Assembly: GCA_963769025.1 (NCBI GenBank) | Contig: CAVYKI010000009.1 | Location: 128,001-192,000, forward strand | DNA length: 64,000 nucleotides | From: an uncultured Verrucomicrobiae bacterium | GTDB lineage: Bacteria > Verrucomicrobiota > Verrucomicrobiia > Chthoniobacterales > Chthoniobacteraceae | Direction of reading: 5' to 3' | In this document: positions 9,088-19,401 of the stretch, in pieces | Layout of the letters: each line of letters opens with the position of its first letter | Numbering within the stretch: position 1 is the stretch's first letter | Made by a program: the position numbers and the translations under genes | The notes under the pieces: model-generated | The model's input: the letters and a program-made list of their open reading frames with translations, nothing else | Database searches by the model: none | What the model was told of the DNA's origin: nothing

Positions 9088-12000
9088 TCAGGCGACCTTC
9101 CGTTTGATGAGTTTGTTCCGTCTTTGCCGGCCACGCGACTCTGCAACGCCTGCTGTGGACACTTCGTCCTTCGTGTCTCCCGAACCATCCAGTTTCGCGG
9201 CCAGCAGCCTGATGGTCGGGCACTCGAAGAGGCTGATGATGGAGACGTTCATTTTCAATTCCTTGCGGATCATCGCGACGACCACCACGGCCTTGAGCGA
9301 AGTGCCGCCGACGTCGAAAAAGTTTTCGCCGAATCCGATGCGCGCACGGCCGAGAGCCCTTTTCCAGATCACTGCGAGTGACTGTTCGAGTGTACTCGCA
9401 CCCTCCATGGTTTCCGGCCCGGACAGGGATGCCGTCGGCTGGTTCTCGATCCGGGAGGATTCGATCGCTGCCACAACGTCGTCGATCGCGTGGAATTCGT
9501 CGCCGAGCCTTTGCAGTGCGGCGGAGAGCTTCGCCCTTCCGAAGCCGCTCCGGCTTGCGCGTGCGTCGGCTTGCACGGTTCCGGACTTTTCGCCGTTCGC
9601 TTCGGCAGTTCGATCCGCTGGCTCGTAACGCAGCGCCGCTAGTGCCGTGACCGGCAGTTCGAGCGTGTATTCGGCACCAGAGGGTGCGGACCCGAGCTTC
9701 GCGATGAATTCGCGCGCCGGCTCATTCCGATCCGTCCGGCAGAATGGGATGGCGATGATTGATTTCCCATCGCGCAGTGCGCGGCCCGCCAGTTCGGCGA
9801 CCATGCGGTGCTCGACCCCTTTTCCGAGCGCGCGGCAGCTCAGGAGCAGCGTATCCACGATGTAGCGATCCGCCGCCGCCGTGTAGAGGATCGTGCCGAC
9901 GAGACCGTAGTCTCCGAAGCGATCACTCACGGACGTCACGAGGCACTTCGCGCCGGACTCGATCAATTCGCGGATTTCCCGTTCCGAGCGGCGGATGGCC
10001 GTGAGGTTGAACTGGTTTGTCCGCACCGTGAGTTGGGCGACGCGTGCGAGCTGGTCGTCTTTCGCTTCGGCCACTTGGATCCGCAATTGCAGCCCGTCGA
10101 GAAAATCGCGCAGCGTCGGTGCGGCGGCCCGGAGCCCTTCGCGCTCGGTGTTGGTCTGGTACCAGTGGCTTCGCTCGCGATCCTCGCGGGTTGCGGTCGC
10201 GCGGTCGAAGATCCACAGGCTTTCGAGGAACGCGGGGATGCGGTCGTTTTCCTGGGGCAGCTGCAGGGCGATCACTTCCGGACAACTGGCCCGGACCGCG
10301 GCGCATTCGACCGGGTTGTCGTCGAGGAACACAAAGCTGTCGAGACCCAGGCCCAATTGCGCGGCGAGGGAGCGCAGGTTGTCGGGTTTTGGCTCCCAGT
10401 TGATGCGCCATGCCGCGAGGTGTTCGCGGCGGAGCAACATGTCGTCCCGCTGATCGAAGACGGCCATCACGTCGGATTCCTGATTCTTGCTGCACAACGT
10501 GAGGAGCACGCCCGCCCGCATCTGCCCGATCATGAACTGCTGCAAGCGGCGGAAGGCTGGCGTCACGATGATGCCCGCGGGCCCGTCCTCGGCGCACAGT
10601 CCCTGCCAGAGCGTGTTGTCACAATCGAGCACGATGACTTTCACCGGCGGAGCGCCCATGCTGAAAACGGCGCGGGAAAGCGCGGTGCCGATCGCCGCGT
10701 AGCCCTCCTGCGTGAAAGGCATGTGACCAAGCTGGCGGCTGTGCGGGTCGTGCAGTTGGCGCACCGGATGGCGGGCGAGGATCTCCTGCGAACTGACAGC
10801 GTGAATCTGTGGATGGCGTGCGGCCCGCGCGAGCACCTCCTGCTCGGCCGCGGCGAGGGCGGCGTCCGCATCACGACGTGAATGCGGGGCCACGGCCAGG
10901 ACCAGCGGATTGGGCGCAGAGGCGGCGAAGCCATCGAGCGCGGTGCAAAACTCGCGGACCTTGCGTTGCAATCCCTTCTCCGGAGCCTCGGCGGAAACTG
11001 CGGACGGCGCGCGGCGCGTGGCGTACACATTGAAGAGCCCGGACTGTTCGAGGAGCCTTTCCTCCACCACGGCGCAGCGATAGCCGCGGCGGATCAACTG
11101 TTCCTCGATGGATTGCACGGCGGCACGCGAGCGGTCGTGGACTTCGATCACGAGCTGTTCGATCAGCGGCCAGTGCTCCTCTTCGATGCCGCGGAGGATC
11201 CCGGCTTCGCTTTTCTCGGCGTCTATTTTCAGCAGATGAATCCGCGCGATGCCATTTTCGCGGATGATGTCGGAGACGGAGGTGAGCCGGCATTCGATGG
11301 TCTCGGCAGCGAGGCGGTCGGCGGTGAGGTCCTCGACGTCCGTTTCAAGGACATCGCCGGGCTGTTCGTGCTGGAGGACGTTGCGCGCCACGGCCTGCAC
11401 GGCTGCGCGGTCCTCGCGTTCGTCCGGGTGAAAGCTGGAGAACACCGACGAGCGCTCGTAAAATGTGAAGCGTCCGCTGCCCTTCTTTTCGGCGACGCCA
11501 AAGTTGAAGGCGCGGACGCGCGAAGGATCGCCGTAAGCGGCGCAGTTTGCCTGGAGGAGATCGAACACGCGCGGCGACGGCTCGTAGGCGAAAATCGTCG
11601 GGTTCTTGCACCGGCTCAGGACGAAGAGTGAAAAGAGCCCGATGTTCGCGCCGATGTCCACGACGGTGTCGCCGTCTTCGAGGCGGATGCCGTGACGCAG
11701 ATACGATTCGTCCCCGAAGATTTCCTGAAATACGTAGTCCGTTTCGTAGCGGTTGAGGTGGACGATTTCGAGCCCGTTCAGGAGCACATGCCGCTGCCTC
11801 GAACCAAAGCAATCGGAAGCGCGCGCCGGATCGATCGGAGCCAGCGTGCTGCGGTCCCCGTGCAGCCAGTCATCGAGACCGAGGACGATCAGATTGACGG
11901 CGTCGCGATTTTGGCGGAAGGCGCTCGCGGGGTCGAGCAACTGCTGGAAGACCTGATTGTACGGAGCGAAAGCCACGCGCGCGTCGCGGCCGAAATGCCT

Positions 12001-12996
12001 GGCCCAAAACCGCAGCGATTCCTCCAGCGGCTCGGCCGTAAAGGTCGAGGCGACCGAGAGCCGGATTTCCTCCGGCGGCGCGGGTTCCGAGGATGCCGGG
12101 CGGTCCATGAATGCCAGCCTGATGCCGGAAAAATCCGCGAGGCATTTGCCGTCCGCGTCAACCATCCTGACGGAGCCGACCAGCCCAGCATCGCGGGCAT
12201 CGTTGCCGCCGGTCACGGTTGCAATTGCCGACACCGGTGCCAATGCCGGCAGTGCGCCGACGATCAGGCGTTCGATGGACTGGAGGATGAACGTGCGGCC
12301 GCGATCAAGGGTGAACGCGGACAGGAGTTGCGAGGCGGCGTCGAGCAACGGCGGGGTGAGCGAGCCCTCCGCATCCGCGAAACGACCTGCCAGATCCAAG
12401 CCTGAGCGTCGGATGTCTGAGAGGGTTTGGAAATGCGGGCCGTACTGATTCCCGTTGCCGCGGGATTGGCTGTAGAAGTCGCCGGAAGTCAGCGCCGGCG
12501 CGGCGTGATCGGAAAGCCCTTCTGTGCCGGATGCGACCGATGTGTTGTCATCGGCAGTCGTCGCAGGCCCGGCATCCACCTGCATCCTTGCGCACGCCTC
12601 CGCGTGAGCATTCAGGGCGGCGTCGCTGCCGGACTCGAACAATTCGTACGCCACACTCCCGTCGTCGCGCCTTTCGATCCTGACGGTGATCGGTGCATCC
12701 TCGTCGGCGAGGATCACCGGCTTTCTGAATTCAATATGACGCAGGCTCACGGCGTCCCGGTGGAAAAGATCCCGGTGGATCCGCCGGACCAGTGCGACGT
12801 GAAAGGCTCCCGGAAGCACGACCATGTCGTGGAAGCCATGGCCGGCGAGATAGGGGAGCGACTTCAGCCCGACGCCGTATTCCACCAGCCAGGATTCCGG
12901 CGCCGCCCCGGGGATCGCGGGCGCGATCGGAGCGACAGGCCTCGACGGCGAGTCCGGCAGCCAGGGTGAATGTTGGGCTTTGTCGTGCAATCTCAT
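9088..12996 (-). CDS. Multidomain PKS loading protein: DH - FkbH (with inserted FkbM O-methyltransferase) - ACP
   Basis: DH HGFHDMVVLP and LLDAASQ; FkbM VDIGANIGLFS, LLKIDAEKSE; FkbH HAD KVIVLDCDNTLW, FLDDNPVE, LLSCRALG; ACP FFDVGGTSLK. Start uncertain (12996 preferred; the ORF extends to 13179). Confidence 0.88.
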   Translation of the reverse strand: MRLHDKAQHSPWLPDSPSRPVAPIAPAIPGAAPESWLVEYGVGLKSLPYLAGHGFHDMVVLPGAFHVALVRRIHRDLFHRDAVSLRHIEFRKPVILADEDAPITVRIERRDDGSVAYELFESGSDAALNAHAEACARMQVDAGPATTADDNTSVASGTEGLSDHAAPALTSGDFYSQSRGNGNQYGPHFQTLSDIRRSGLDLAGRFADAEGSLTPPLLDAASQLLSAFTLDRGRTFILQSIERLIVGALPALAPVSAIATVTGGNDARDAGLVGSVRMVDADGKCLADFSGIRLAFMDRPASSEPAPPEEIRLSVASTFTAEPLEESLRFWARHFGRDARVAFAPYNQVFQQLLDPASAFRQNRDAVNLIVLGLDDWLHGDRSTLAPIDPARASDCFGSRQRHVLLNGLEIVHLNRYETDYVFQEIFGDESYLRHGIRLEDGDTVVDIGANIGLFSLFVLSRCKNPTIFAYEPSPRVFDLLQANCAAYGDPSRVRAFNFGVAEKKGSGRFTFYERSSVFSSFHPDEREDRAAVQAVARNVLQHEQPGDVLETDVEDLTADRLAAETIECRLTSVSDIIRENGIARIHLLKIDAEKSEAGILRGIEEEHWPLIEQLVIEVHDRSRAAVQSIEEQLIRRGYRCAVVEERLLEQSGLFNVYATRRAPSAVSAEAPEKGLQRKVREFCTALDGFAASAPNPLVLAVAPHSRRDADAALAAAEQEVLARAARHPQIHAVSSQEILARHPVRQLHDPHSRQLGHMPFTQEGYAAIGTALSRAVFSMGAPPVKVIVLDCDNTLWQGLCAEDGPAGIIVTPAFRRLQQFMIGQMRAGVLLTLCSKNQESDVMAVFDQRDDMLLRREHLAAWRINWEPKPDNLRSLAAQLGLGLDSFVFLDDNPVECAAVRASCPEVIALQLPQENDRIPAFLESLWIFDRATATREDRERSHWYQTNTEREGLRAAAPTLRDFLDGLQLRIQVAEAKDDQLARVAQLTVRTNQFNLTAIRRSEREIRELIESGAKCLVTSVSDRFGDYGLVGTILYTAAADRYIVDTLLLSCRALGKGVEHRMVAELAGRALRDGKSIIAIPFCRTDRNEPAREFIAKLGSAPSGAEYTLELPVTALAALRYEPADRTAEANGEKSGTVQADARASRSGFGRAKLSAALQRLGDEFHAIDDVVAAIESSRIENQPTASLSGPETMEGASTLEQSLAVIWKRALGRARIGFGENFFDVGGTSLKAVVVVAMIRKELKMNVSIISLFECPTIRLLAAKLDGSGDTKDEVSTAGVAESRGRQRRNKLIKRKVA

Positions 12997-13335
12997 GTTT
13001 CCCGAACCGGCGCGTAAAGCGCATGCGGAAGGCGTCCCGCCAGGCCGGGGATCGCGGTATTTGCTGCCCTCGATTCGTTCGGGTTCATTTCCCTGAGAGT
13101 AGCCGCCTGCGTGCCATCCGGTTGCACATTTTTCCCTCCGGGCGCCGCGCGTGCGGCATCCGGTCCTCCGAATCACCATTTGGGCTGGCTGGGTTCAGAT
13201 GCATCGAATTCGTTTGCCTCAGGCGGAATCGGGCGCGAATCCTGCACGGCACGGATGCACCAAGATGCAGCCTGAGAGCTAAAGTATGACTTCTGCGAAA
13301 CTAACTGGTGTCCGGGAAACAGCAATGCCGATGCC

Positions 13336-13872
13336 ATGCAGTTAAAGGGTTACACGGTCGGGGATTTTGACCGCGGTGCGCCGCGCTGGAAGGAGGCGCT
13401 GTGGGTGCTCGTGAAGTGCGTCTTTTTCCTGAATGGATTTCCGTGGCCGTCGGCGCTCCGGGTCATGTGGCTGTCGGCGTTCGGCGCGCGGATCGGCGCG
13501 GGCGTCGTCATCCGCGCGAATGTGAACGTGAGCTATCCGTGGCGCCTCACGCTCGGGGACGACGTGTGGCTCGGCGAGGAAACGGTGATCCTGAGCCTCG
13601 CGCCGGTGGTGATCGAATCGAGCGTGTGCATCTCGCAGCGGGCGTTCCTGTGCACGGGCTCGCATGATTTTCGCTCGGAGAACTTCACGCTGGTCACGAA
13701 GCCGATCACGGTGCGCAGCGGATCGTGGATTGCCGCTCAGGCGTTTATTTCGCCGGGCGTGGAGATCGGCGCGGGCAGCATGGTCTGTGCGGGCAGCGTG
13801 GTGGTGGAAAATGTCGCGCCGCGATCCATCGTGCGCGGGAATCCGGCGCAGGTGGTGAAGCAAATCGCGTGA
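13336..13872 (+). CDS. wcaF: WcaF-like polysaccharide O-acetyltransferase (hexapeptide repeat)
   Basis: FGARIGAGVVIR, PWRLTLGDDVWLGE, CISQRAFLCTGSHD, GNPA: left-handed beta-helix motifs of the WcaF family. Confidence 0.82.
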   Translation: MQLKGYTVGDFDRGAPRWKEALWVLVKCVFFLNGFPWPSALRVMWLSAFGARIGAGVVIRANVNVSYPWRLTLGDDVWLGEETVILSLAPVVIESSVCISQRAFLCTGSHDFRSENFTLVTKPITVRSGSWIAAQAFISPGVEIGAGSMVCAGSVVVENVAPRSIVRGNPAQVVKQIA

Positions 13873-14966
13873 TGCGGATTCTTTTCCTGAACCAGTACTT
13901 CCCGCCCGATCCGGCGCCGACGGGCATCCTGTTTCGCGAAGTGGCGGATGAGTTTTTGCGGCTCGGCCACGAGGTGGATTTTGTGGACGCCGGGCAGGAT
14001 TACCGCGCTGCGCAGGGCGGGGGAGGGCGGATGAAAAGGGAACTCAGCGCGCTGTGGCGGATGCTGCGCGAGGGCCGCGCGCGTCCGCGTGCCGATGTCG
14101 TCGTGTCGGGCAGTTCGCCGCCTTGCCTCGGCGTGGTGGCGGATCGCGTCGCGCGCAAGCACGGAGCGGCGCACATTCACTGGGCGATGGACATGTATCC
14201 CGAGCTGGCGGTGGAACTCGGCGAGATCGGACGCAATTCGCCGGTCGCAAAAGTCACGGGCTGGGCGATGCGCGGCGTCTATCGCCGCGCGAAGACGATC
14301 ATCGCGCTCGATGAAGACATGGCGCAGCGTTTTCGCGCGCTCGGCGTGGAGCCGGCCTGCATCCGCCCGTGGGTGACGCAGCCGGCATTCGCCGCAGCGG
14401 CGTGCGATCCGGAAACGCCGTGGACGTGGATCTATTCCGGCAACCTCGGGCGCGCGCACGAGTGGGAGACGCTGCTCGCGGCGCAGGCGTTTCTGGAGCA
14501 GCGCGGAGTGGATGCGCGGCTGCTCTTCCAGGGCGGCGGCCCCTCGTGGAAAGCTGCGCAGGCGAAGGCTGCTTCGCTCGGGCTCCGGCACTGCGAATGG
14601 AAGGGATACGCTGCGGCGGAGGAACTGCCGGCCTCGCTCCTGCGCAGTGAAGTCCTCGTGGCCACCCAGCTTCCCGCCGTCCGCGGACTGCTCTGGCCGA
14701 GCAAGCTCGCGCTCATGCTCACCATGCCGCGTCCGATTCTTTTCGTCGGCCCGCCGGATGGCGCGATCGCGGCGGAACTCCGCGGCTTCCCTCACGCGGG
14801 TATTTTCGCTCCGGGCGATGCCGATGGCGTCGCGCGTTGGGTGGCCGTGCAAAGGGAGCGCCGGACTGTCGTTCCGGCGGGCTCGGTGGCTGACGCGGCG
14901 CAGCAACGGAGCGAGGCGCTCGCGGCGTGGGGCGAGATTTTGGCGCGGACGGCCGGAGGGCGCTGA
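13872..14966 (+). CDS. Glycosyltransferase family 4 (WcaI-like)
   Basis: MRILFLNQYFPPD, DMYPE, YSGNLGRAH, PSKL; ATG overlaps the upstream TGA. Confidence 0.88.
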   Translation: MRILFLNQYFPPDPAPTGILFREVADEFLRLGHEVDFVDAGQDYRAAQGGGGRMKRELSALWRMLREGRARPRADVVVSGSSPPCLGVVADRVARKHGAAHIHWAMDMYPELAVELGEIGRNSPVAKVTGWAMRGVYRRAKTIIALDEDMAQRFRALGVEPACIRPWVTQPAFAAAACDPETPWTWIYSGNLGRAHEWETLLAAQAFLEQRGVDARLLFQGGGPSWKAAQAKAASLGLRHCEWKGYAAAEELPASLLRSEVLVATQLPAVRGLLWPSKLALMLTMPRPILFVGPPDGAIAAELRGFPHAGIFAPGDADGVARWVAVQRERRTVVPAGSVADAAQQRSEALAAWGEILARTAGGR

Positions 14967-15169
14967 GATTTTTTTGCTCGCCGTGCGCGCTTCCTGCGTA
15001 TCTTCCCGCTTCACAATCGCGAACAAGTGGCGGTAAGAGAGCCGTCCGTCGCAAAAGTCATGGCAAATCTGATGCGAATATCCAAATCGAACGCGGGGCA
15101 ACCCGCGCGGCATGAGCCATGTGCAGTCGCGAGCGGAACGGTGTGCAGCGTCCACGGGACTGAGCCCGC

Positions 15170-16540
15170 ATGACAAAGATCTTCTTCTTCCTCATCTTCG
15201 GATTCCTCGTATCGGTGATCCTCACGCCGTGGATGATCCGCCTTGCAAAAAGCGGTGTCGGCCTGGATGCGCCGGACGAGGGGCGCAAGCGGCAGGAAAC
15301 GCCGATCCCGCGCATCGGCGGAATTCCGCTGATGTTCAGCCTGCTCCTCGGCGTGATTATCATTCTCTGGATGCAGCCCGTGCGGGCGTTCGAGTGGTTC
15401 CCGATCCTGGTCGGCTCTTCGCTGATGTTCGGGCTCGGCCTCTGGGATGACATCAAGCCGCTGGGCGCCAAGAAAAAGCTCGTGGGCCAGATCGCCGTCG
15501 CAGGCGTCGTCTCGGCGCTCGGCCTGAACATCGAGAAATTTTCCCTGCCGAGCTACGGCACGATCGAACTCGGCGCCCTGAGCGTGCCGGTGACCATCCT
15601 TTGGCTGATCGCGATTCCCAACATCGTGAACCTCATCGATGGCTTCGACGGCCTGGCGGGCGGGCTGGGCTTGTTCATGTCGCTCACGCTCGGGCTCGTC
15701 GGCTACTATTCCGACCAGCTCGGCCTCGCGTGGTTTGCCTTCACGATGGCGGGCGCGCTGATGGGCTTCCTGATTTTCAACTTCCCGCCCGCCCGCATCT
15801 ACCTCGGCGACGGCGGCGCGTATCTGATCGGTTTCACGATCGCGGTGCTCTCCTTGTCGAGTTCGCACAAGGGATCGGTGGCGGCGGCGCTGCTGGTGAC
15901 GCTCGTCGGGCTCGGCCTGCCGATTTTGGACACCGCATTCGCGCTGGCGCGGCGGGCGTTGCGCGGGTTCCCGCTGTTTCACGCGGACGACGAGCACGTC
16001 CATCACCGGCTGGAGAAGATGGGCATTTCCAAGCGGCGAATCCTGCTCGGTCTCTACGGCATCTGCGTGATCCTGTCGATGATCGGGCTCACGATTTTCT
16101 GGAACCAGGGCGGAACGCTGCCGATCGCCATCGGCGTCGGGGTGTTCTTTCTCATGGTGGTCGGCGTCGTGCGGCACTTCCTGCGGGTGCGGAGCTGGCA
16201 GGACGCGCACCACCAGATGAAGCGCGTTCTCAGCAGGCGCCAGGCGGTGCAGTACACCCTGCTGCAGGGCAAGCTGCTCGTGCTCGAGGTGGAGCGGTGC
16301 GCGTCGGGCGAGGAATTCATCCGCATCCTCCATTCGACCATGCGGCGCGTGGGCTTCGTGGAGGAAGGTGAGACCGAGCGCCAGATCGTGATCCAGCTCC
16401 GCCAGAATGGCACGAAACCGCTGGTGTTCCATGCATCGCTCGATGAAGGCACGGCGGCCGAGTGGCAGCGCATCGCCGAATGTTTCCGGCCCGCCTATGC
16501 AAAGGCGCTCGCCAAGTGGGGCGACGAAATGAGGAAGTAG
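15170..16540 (+). CDS. MraY/WecA-family undecaprenyl-phosphate HexNAc-1-phosphate transferase
   Basis: PRIGGI, GLWDD, NLIDGFDGLA, FNFPPARIYLGDGGA, DDEHVHHRL; multiple TM helices. Confidence 0.9.
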   Translation: MTKIFFFLIFGFLVSVILTPWMIRLAKSGVGLDAPDEGRKRQETPIPRIGGIPLMFSLLLGVIIILWMQPVRAFEWFPILVGSSLMFGLGLWDDIKPLGAKKKLVGQIAVAGVVSALGLNIEKFSLPSYGTIELGALSVPVTILWLIAIPNIVNLIDGFDGLAGGLGLFMSLTLGLVGYYSDQLGLAWFAFTMAGALMGFLIFNFPPARIYLGDGGAYLIGFTIAVLSLSSSHKGSVAAALLVTLVGLGLPILDTAFALARRALRGFPLFHADDEHVHHRLEKMGISKRRILLGLYGICVILSMIGLTIFWNQGGTLPIAIGVGVFFLMVVGVVRHFLRVRSWQDAHHQMKRVLSRRQAVQYTLLQGKLLVLEVERCASGEEFIRILHSTMRRVGFVEEGETERQIVIQLRQNGTKPLVFHASLDEGTAAEWQRIAECFRPAYAKALAKWGDEMRK

Positions 16541-16544
16541 CCCG

Positions 16545-18920
16545 ATGCCGCCACGCCCCCCGAAAAGCCATCGGAAAGAGCCGCAGGCACCGGCACGGAC
16601 CGCGCGCATGAATGCGGCGCTGGCGGCCTTCGGGATCATGGTCGTGCTCGGCCCGCTGGCGTTTGGCGCTGTGGATCGCTTCGTGCAGCTCGCGCTCGTG
16701 CTCGTGATGGCCGTGGGGATGTTCCTTTATCCGCCGACGCTGCTCCCGCTCGGGAGACGCGGCAACATGCTGGCGATCGCGCTTATCGGCGTCCTCGTCC
16801 TGAAGGAATTCCTGCCCTGGCAATGGTTCGGCGGGTCGCGCTGGCGCGTCGAGGTGCAGGCCATCCCCGGGCTGGATGTCGCAGGCACGCATCATCCCGA
16901 GCCGGCGCGGGCTCTGGATGCGCTGCTCACCGGGCTGCTCGCGTTCGCGTGGCTGCAATGGGCCCGCAGCATGGCGGCGCGGCGCGAGATGCGCGTGGTG
17001 ATGGCGTGGATCCTTTTTGGCGCGGGCGTCGCGTTTGCGGGCGTCTGCCTTGTGATGTCGGGGAAGGGCGCGCAGGCCAGCGCGATCTACGGGCTGCGCT
17101 ACACGGCCGGCTGGTCATGGGGGCCCTTTCCAAATCGCAACCACACCGCTTCGCTGCTGGCGATGTCGGCGCTCATGGGACTCGGCTGCACGGTGTGGGC
17201 GGGTGCGCGCGGCAGGCGGACGCTGACGATCGTGGCGACCGTCGGGCTGCTCGCCATCCTCGTCGCGCTGCTCCTGAGCAAGTCCCGCGGCGGTCTCGTC
17301 GCTCTGGCGGTGGGCCTTGCGGTCTTCAGCGGAATGATGCTCTGGCGGCATCGGAGCAGGCGGACGCTCGCGATCGTGATCGGCGGCATGGCGCTCGTCG
17401 CGGTGGTGGTCATGCTGTTCGGCAGCCAGGTGATCGAGCGCTTCTCCGCAGGGGACGGAAATCTGGCCGCGAACCAACTGCGAAAGGACGTGTGGCGCAA
17501 CGCGATCCTCATGTGGCGGGACGCGCCGCTGCTCGGCCACGGCGCGGGCACCTTCAGCTGGCTGTTCCCATTCTATCAGCGTCTCACGCTCGATGATAAC
17601 GTGGTGCTCCACCCCGAGAGCAGCTGGCTGCAATGGCTGTGTGAACTCGGCCTCGTTCCCACGCTGATCCTCGCGGGTCTCGCGGCGAGGCTCGTGCTGT
17701 CCAGGCTGGGCGAAATCTTCGGGCGGCGCGGCACTTTCTACCTGTCCGCCGGGGCACTGGCCGGACTCGCCGTGGTCGTGGCGCATTCGGTGATCGATGT
17801 CCCTGCCCACCGCTGGGGCACTGCGGGATTTGCGCTGGCACTGCTTGCGCTCGCGTGTCCGATTTCGCGCGAGGTGCAGGTCATCGGCGTGGTCGCGCCG
17901 CGGACGGCGCTGGTGCCGCTGGCCGTCGGCGCGTACTGGGCGCTGCCGTTTTTGGGATTGGGAACGGGCTGGCAGCCGGTCCGCATCGAGCAACTGCTGG
18001 CGCGCGAGGCCGCGGGGACCCTGCCTCGCACGACGCTCGCGGAGTGGAAAAAGGAACTCGGCTATTTTCCGCTGCGACCGGAGCTGCATCAGCTCGCCGC
18101 ATTGCGCGAACTGGAGGCCGGCATCCCCGGCACCGCGGAATGGCAGCGGCACTTCGAGATCGTCCAGCGGTTGGTTCCCGGGAGCTGGAGCTATCCCATC
18201 GTCCAGGCGCGCGCGGTGAAGCGCATTTCGCCTGCGCTGTGCATGCACTACTGGCAGGTGGCCGTGGGGCGCGCCGGCTGGCGTTCGGCGGAGATCCTCG
18301 GGCGCGCGCTCAGTGACACCGCCAATCTCCCCGGCGCGGAATCGATCTGGGCCGGCTACATCGCCTCGAATCCCGCGCTCGCCCTGGCCTACGCGCGGAC
18401 GCTGCCCGAGGCGGACACCCGGCCCTTCTTCGACGTGTGGTGGAAGGCGCGCGGCACCGCCACGGACCTCACCACCGATGAACTCCGCGACTTTTACGTC
18501 CTCGCGCTGCGCTGGGCCACCGCCGAGCAGGTGCTCGAATGGATGAAGTCCCATGCATCCCGCCGCCGCGACGATTACCGCGCATGGGTCGCGCTGCTCC
18601 ACGGCACCGGCATGAGCGACCGCGCATGGCAGCTCTACCGCGGCAGGGTCGATGAGCCGGCGTATCCGCTGAGCGGGACCGTGCTTTCGCGCGAGGAAGT
18701 CGAGGCCCGCGTCCGCGTCGCGCCGGAGAATGTCAGCAATCTCGTCGAGCTGGCCCGCATCAGTGAGCAGGCCGGCGATCGCGCAGGCGCGCGGAAAATC
18801 ATCCTCGATGTCGCCACGCGAAAGGACGCCCCCGCGTGGATCCTGCGAAAGTCGGCCTACCTCCTCGCTGAGGAGGAAAAATTCCCCGAAGCCGTCGAGA
18901 TGATCCTCCGCGAGCGCTGA
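16545..18920 (+). CDS. O-antigen ligase/Wzy-family membrane protein with helical C-terminal extension
   Basis: GPFPNRNH, SKSRGG, PLLGHGAGTF, HPESSWLQWLCELG; about 12 TM segments followed by a soluble domain. Confidence 0.82.
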   Translation: MPPRPPKSHRKEPQAPARTARMNAALAAFGIMVVLGPLAFGAVDRFVQLALVLVMAVGMFLYPPTLLPLGRRGNMLAIALIGVLVLKEFLPWQWFGGSRWRVEVQAIPGLDVAGTHHPEPARALDALLTGLLAFAWLQWARSMAARREMRVVMAWILFGAGVAFAGVCLVMSGKGAQASAIYGLRYTAGWSWGPFPNRNHTASLLAMSALMGLGCTVWAGARGRRTLTIVATVGLLAILVALLLSKSRGGLVALAVGLAVFSGMMLWRHRSRRTLAIVIGGMALVAVVVMLFGSQVIERFSAGDGNLAANQLRKDVWRNAILMWRDAPLLGHGAGTFSWLFPFYQRLTLDDNVVLHPESSWLQWLCELGLVPTLILAGLAARLVLSRLGEIFGRRGTFYLSAGALAGLAVVVAHSVIDVPAHRWGTAGFALALLALACPISREVQVIGVVAPRTALVPLAVGAYWALPFLGLGTGWQPVRIEQLLAREAAGTLPRTTLAEWKKELGYFPLRPELHQLAALRELEAGIPGTAEWQRHFEIVQRLVPGSWSYPIVQARAVKRISPALCMHYWQVAVGRAGWRSAEILGRALSDTANLPGAESIWAGYIASNPALALAYARTLPEADTRPFFDVWWKARGTATDLTTDELRDFYVLALRWATAEQVLEWMKSHASRRRDDYRAWVALLHGTGMSDRAWQLYRGRVDEPAYPLSGTVLSREEVEARVRVAPENVSNLVELARISEQAGDRAGARKIILDVATRKDAPAWILRKSAYLLAEEEKFPEAVEMILRER

Positions 18921-19178
18921 GAAATTCCGCGCATGGCGCCCGCCGCTGCGCGACGCTGGAAAGCCCCCTCTGGCAAGGGGGCAATCCTGCCGCGCCGCGT
19001 AACGCGGGCCATCCTGCCCGCGCACCGGCGACCTGGACAGGATTGCCCGTGCACCCGAGACGCGGAGACGATCGCGCACACCGGGGACGCGGACAGGATT
19101 GTCCGCATTACGCAGCGAAGGCTCCGCTTGGGGCGTGTCATCCAGTTTGAACGTGTGGAGTAACGGCAATCGCAGCGT

Positions 19179-19401
19179 GTCCCGGAGGGACGAAGGAAAT
19201 TAGCCGGTGGTGGAGCGAGCGCAGCGAGTGAGAACCACCGGATCCCGTCCAATAATACGATGCGTCCCGGCAGGGACGCGGGAATTCCGGACACGAGTCC
19301 ATTCCCGCCGCCCCCTCCGGGGCGGATGACATGCATTGCGTGGATCCGGTGGTGTTCGCTTCGCTCGACCACCGGCTAATTTCCGCGACGCCTCCGGCGT
19401 C
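19179..19401. repeat. Nested palindromic REP-like element
   Basis: Perfect 17-bp inverted repeat GGAAATTAGCCGGTGGT (19195-19211) / ACCACCGGCTAATTTCC (19368-19384); inner ACCACCGGATCC/GGATCCGGTGGT pair; GTCCCGG(C)AGGGAC hairpins. Confidence 0.8.
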
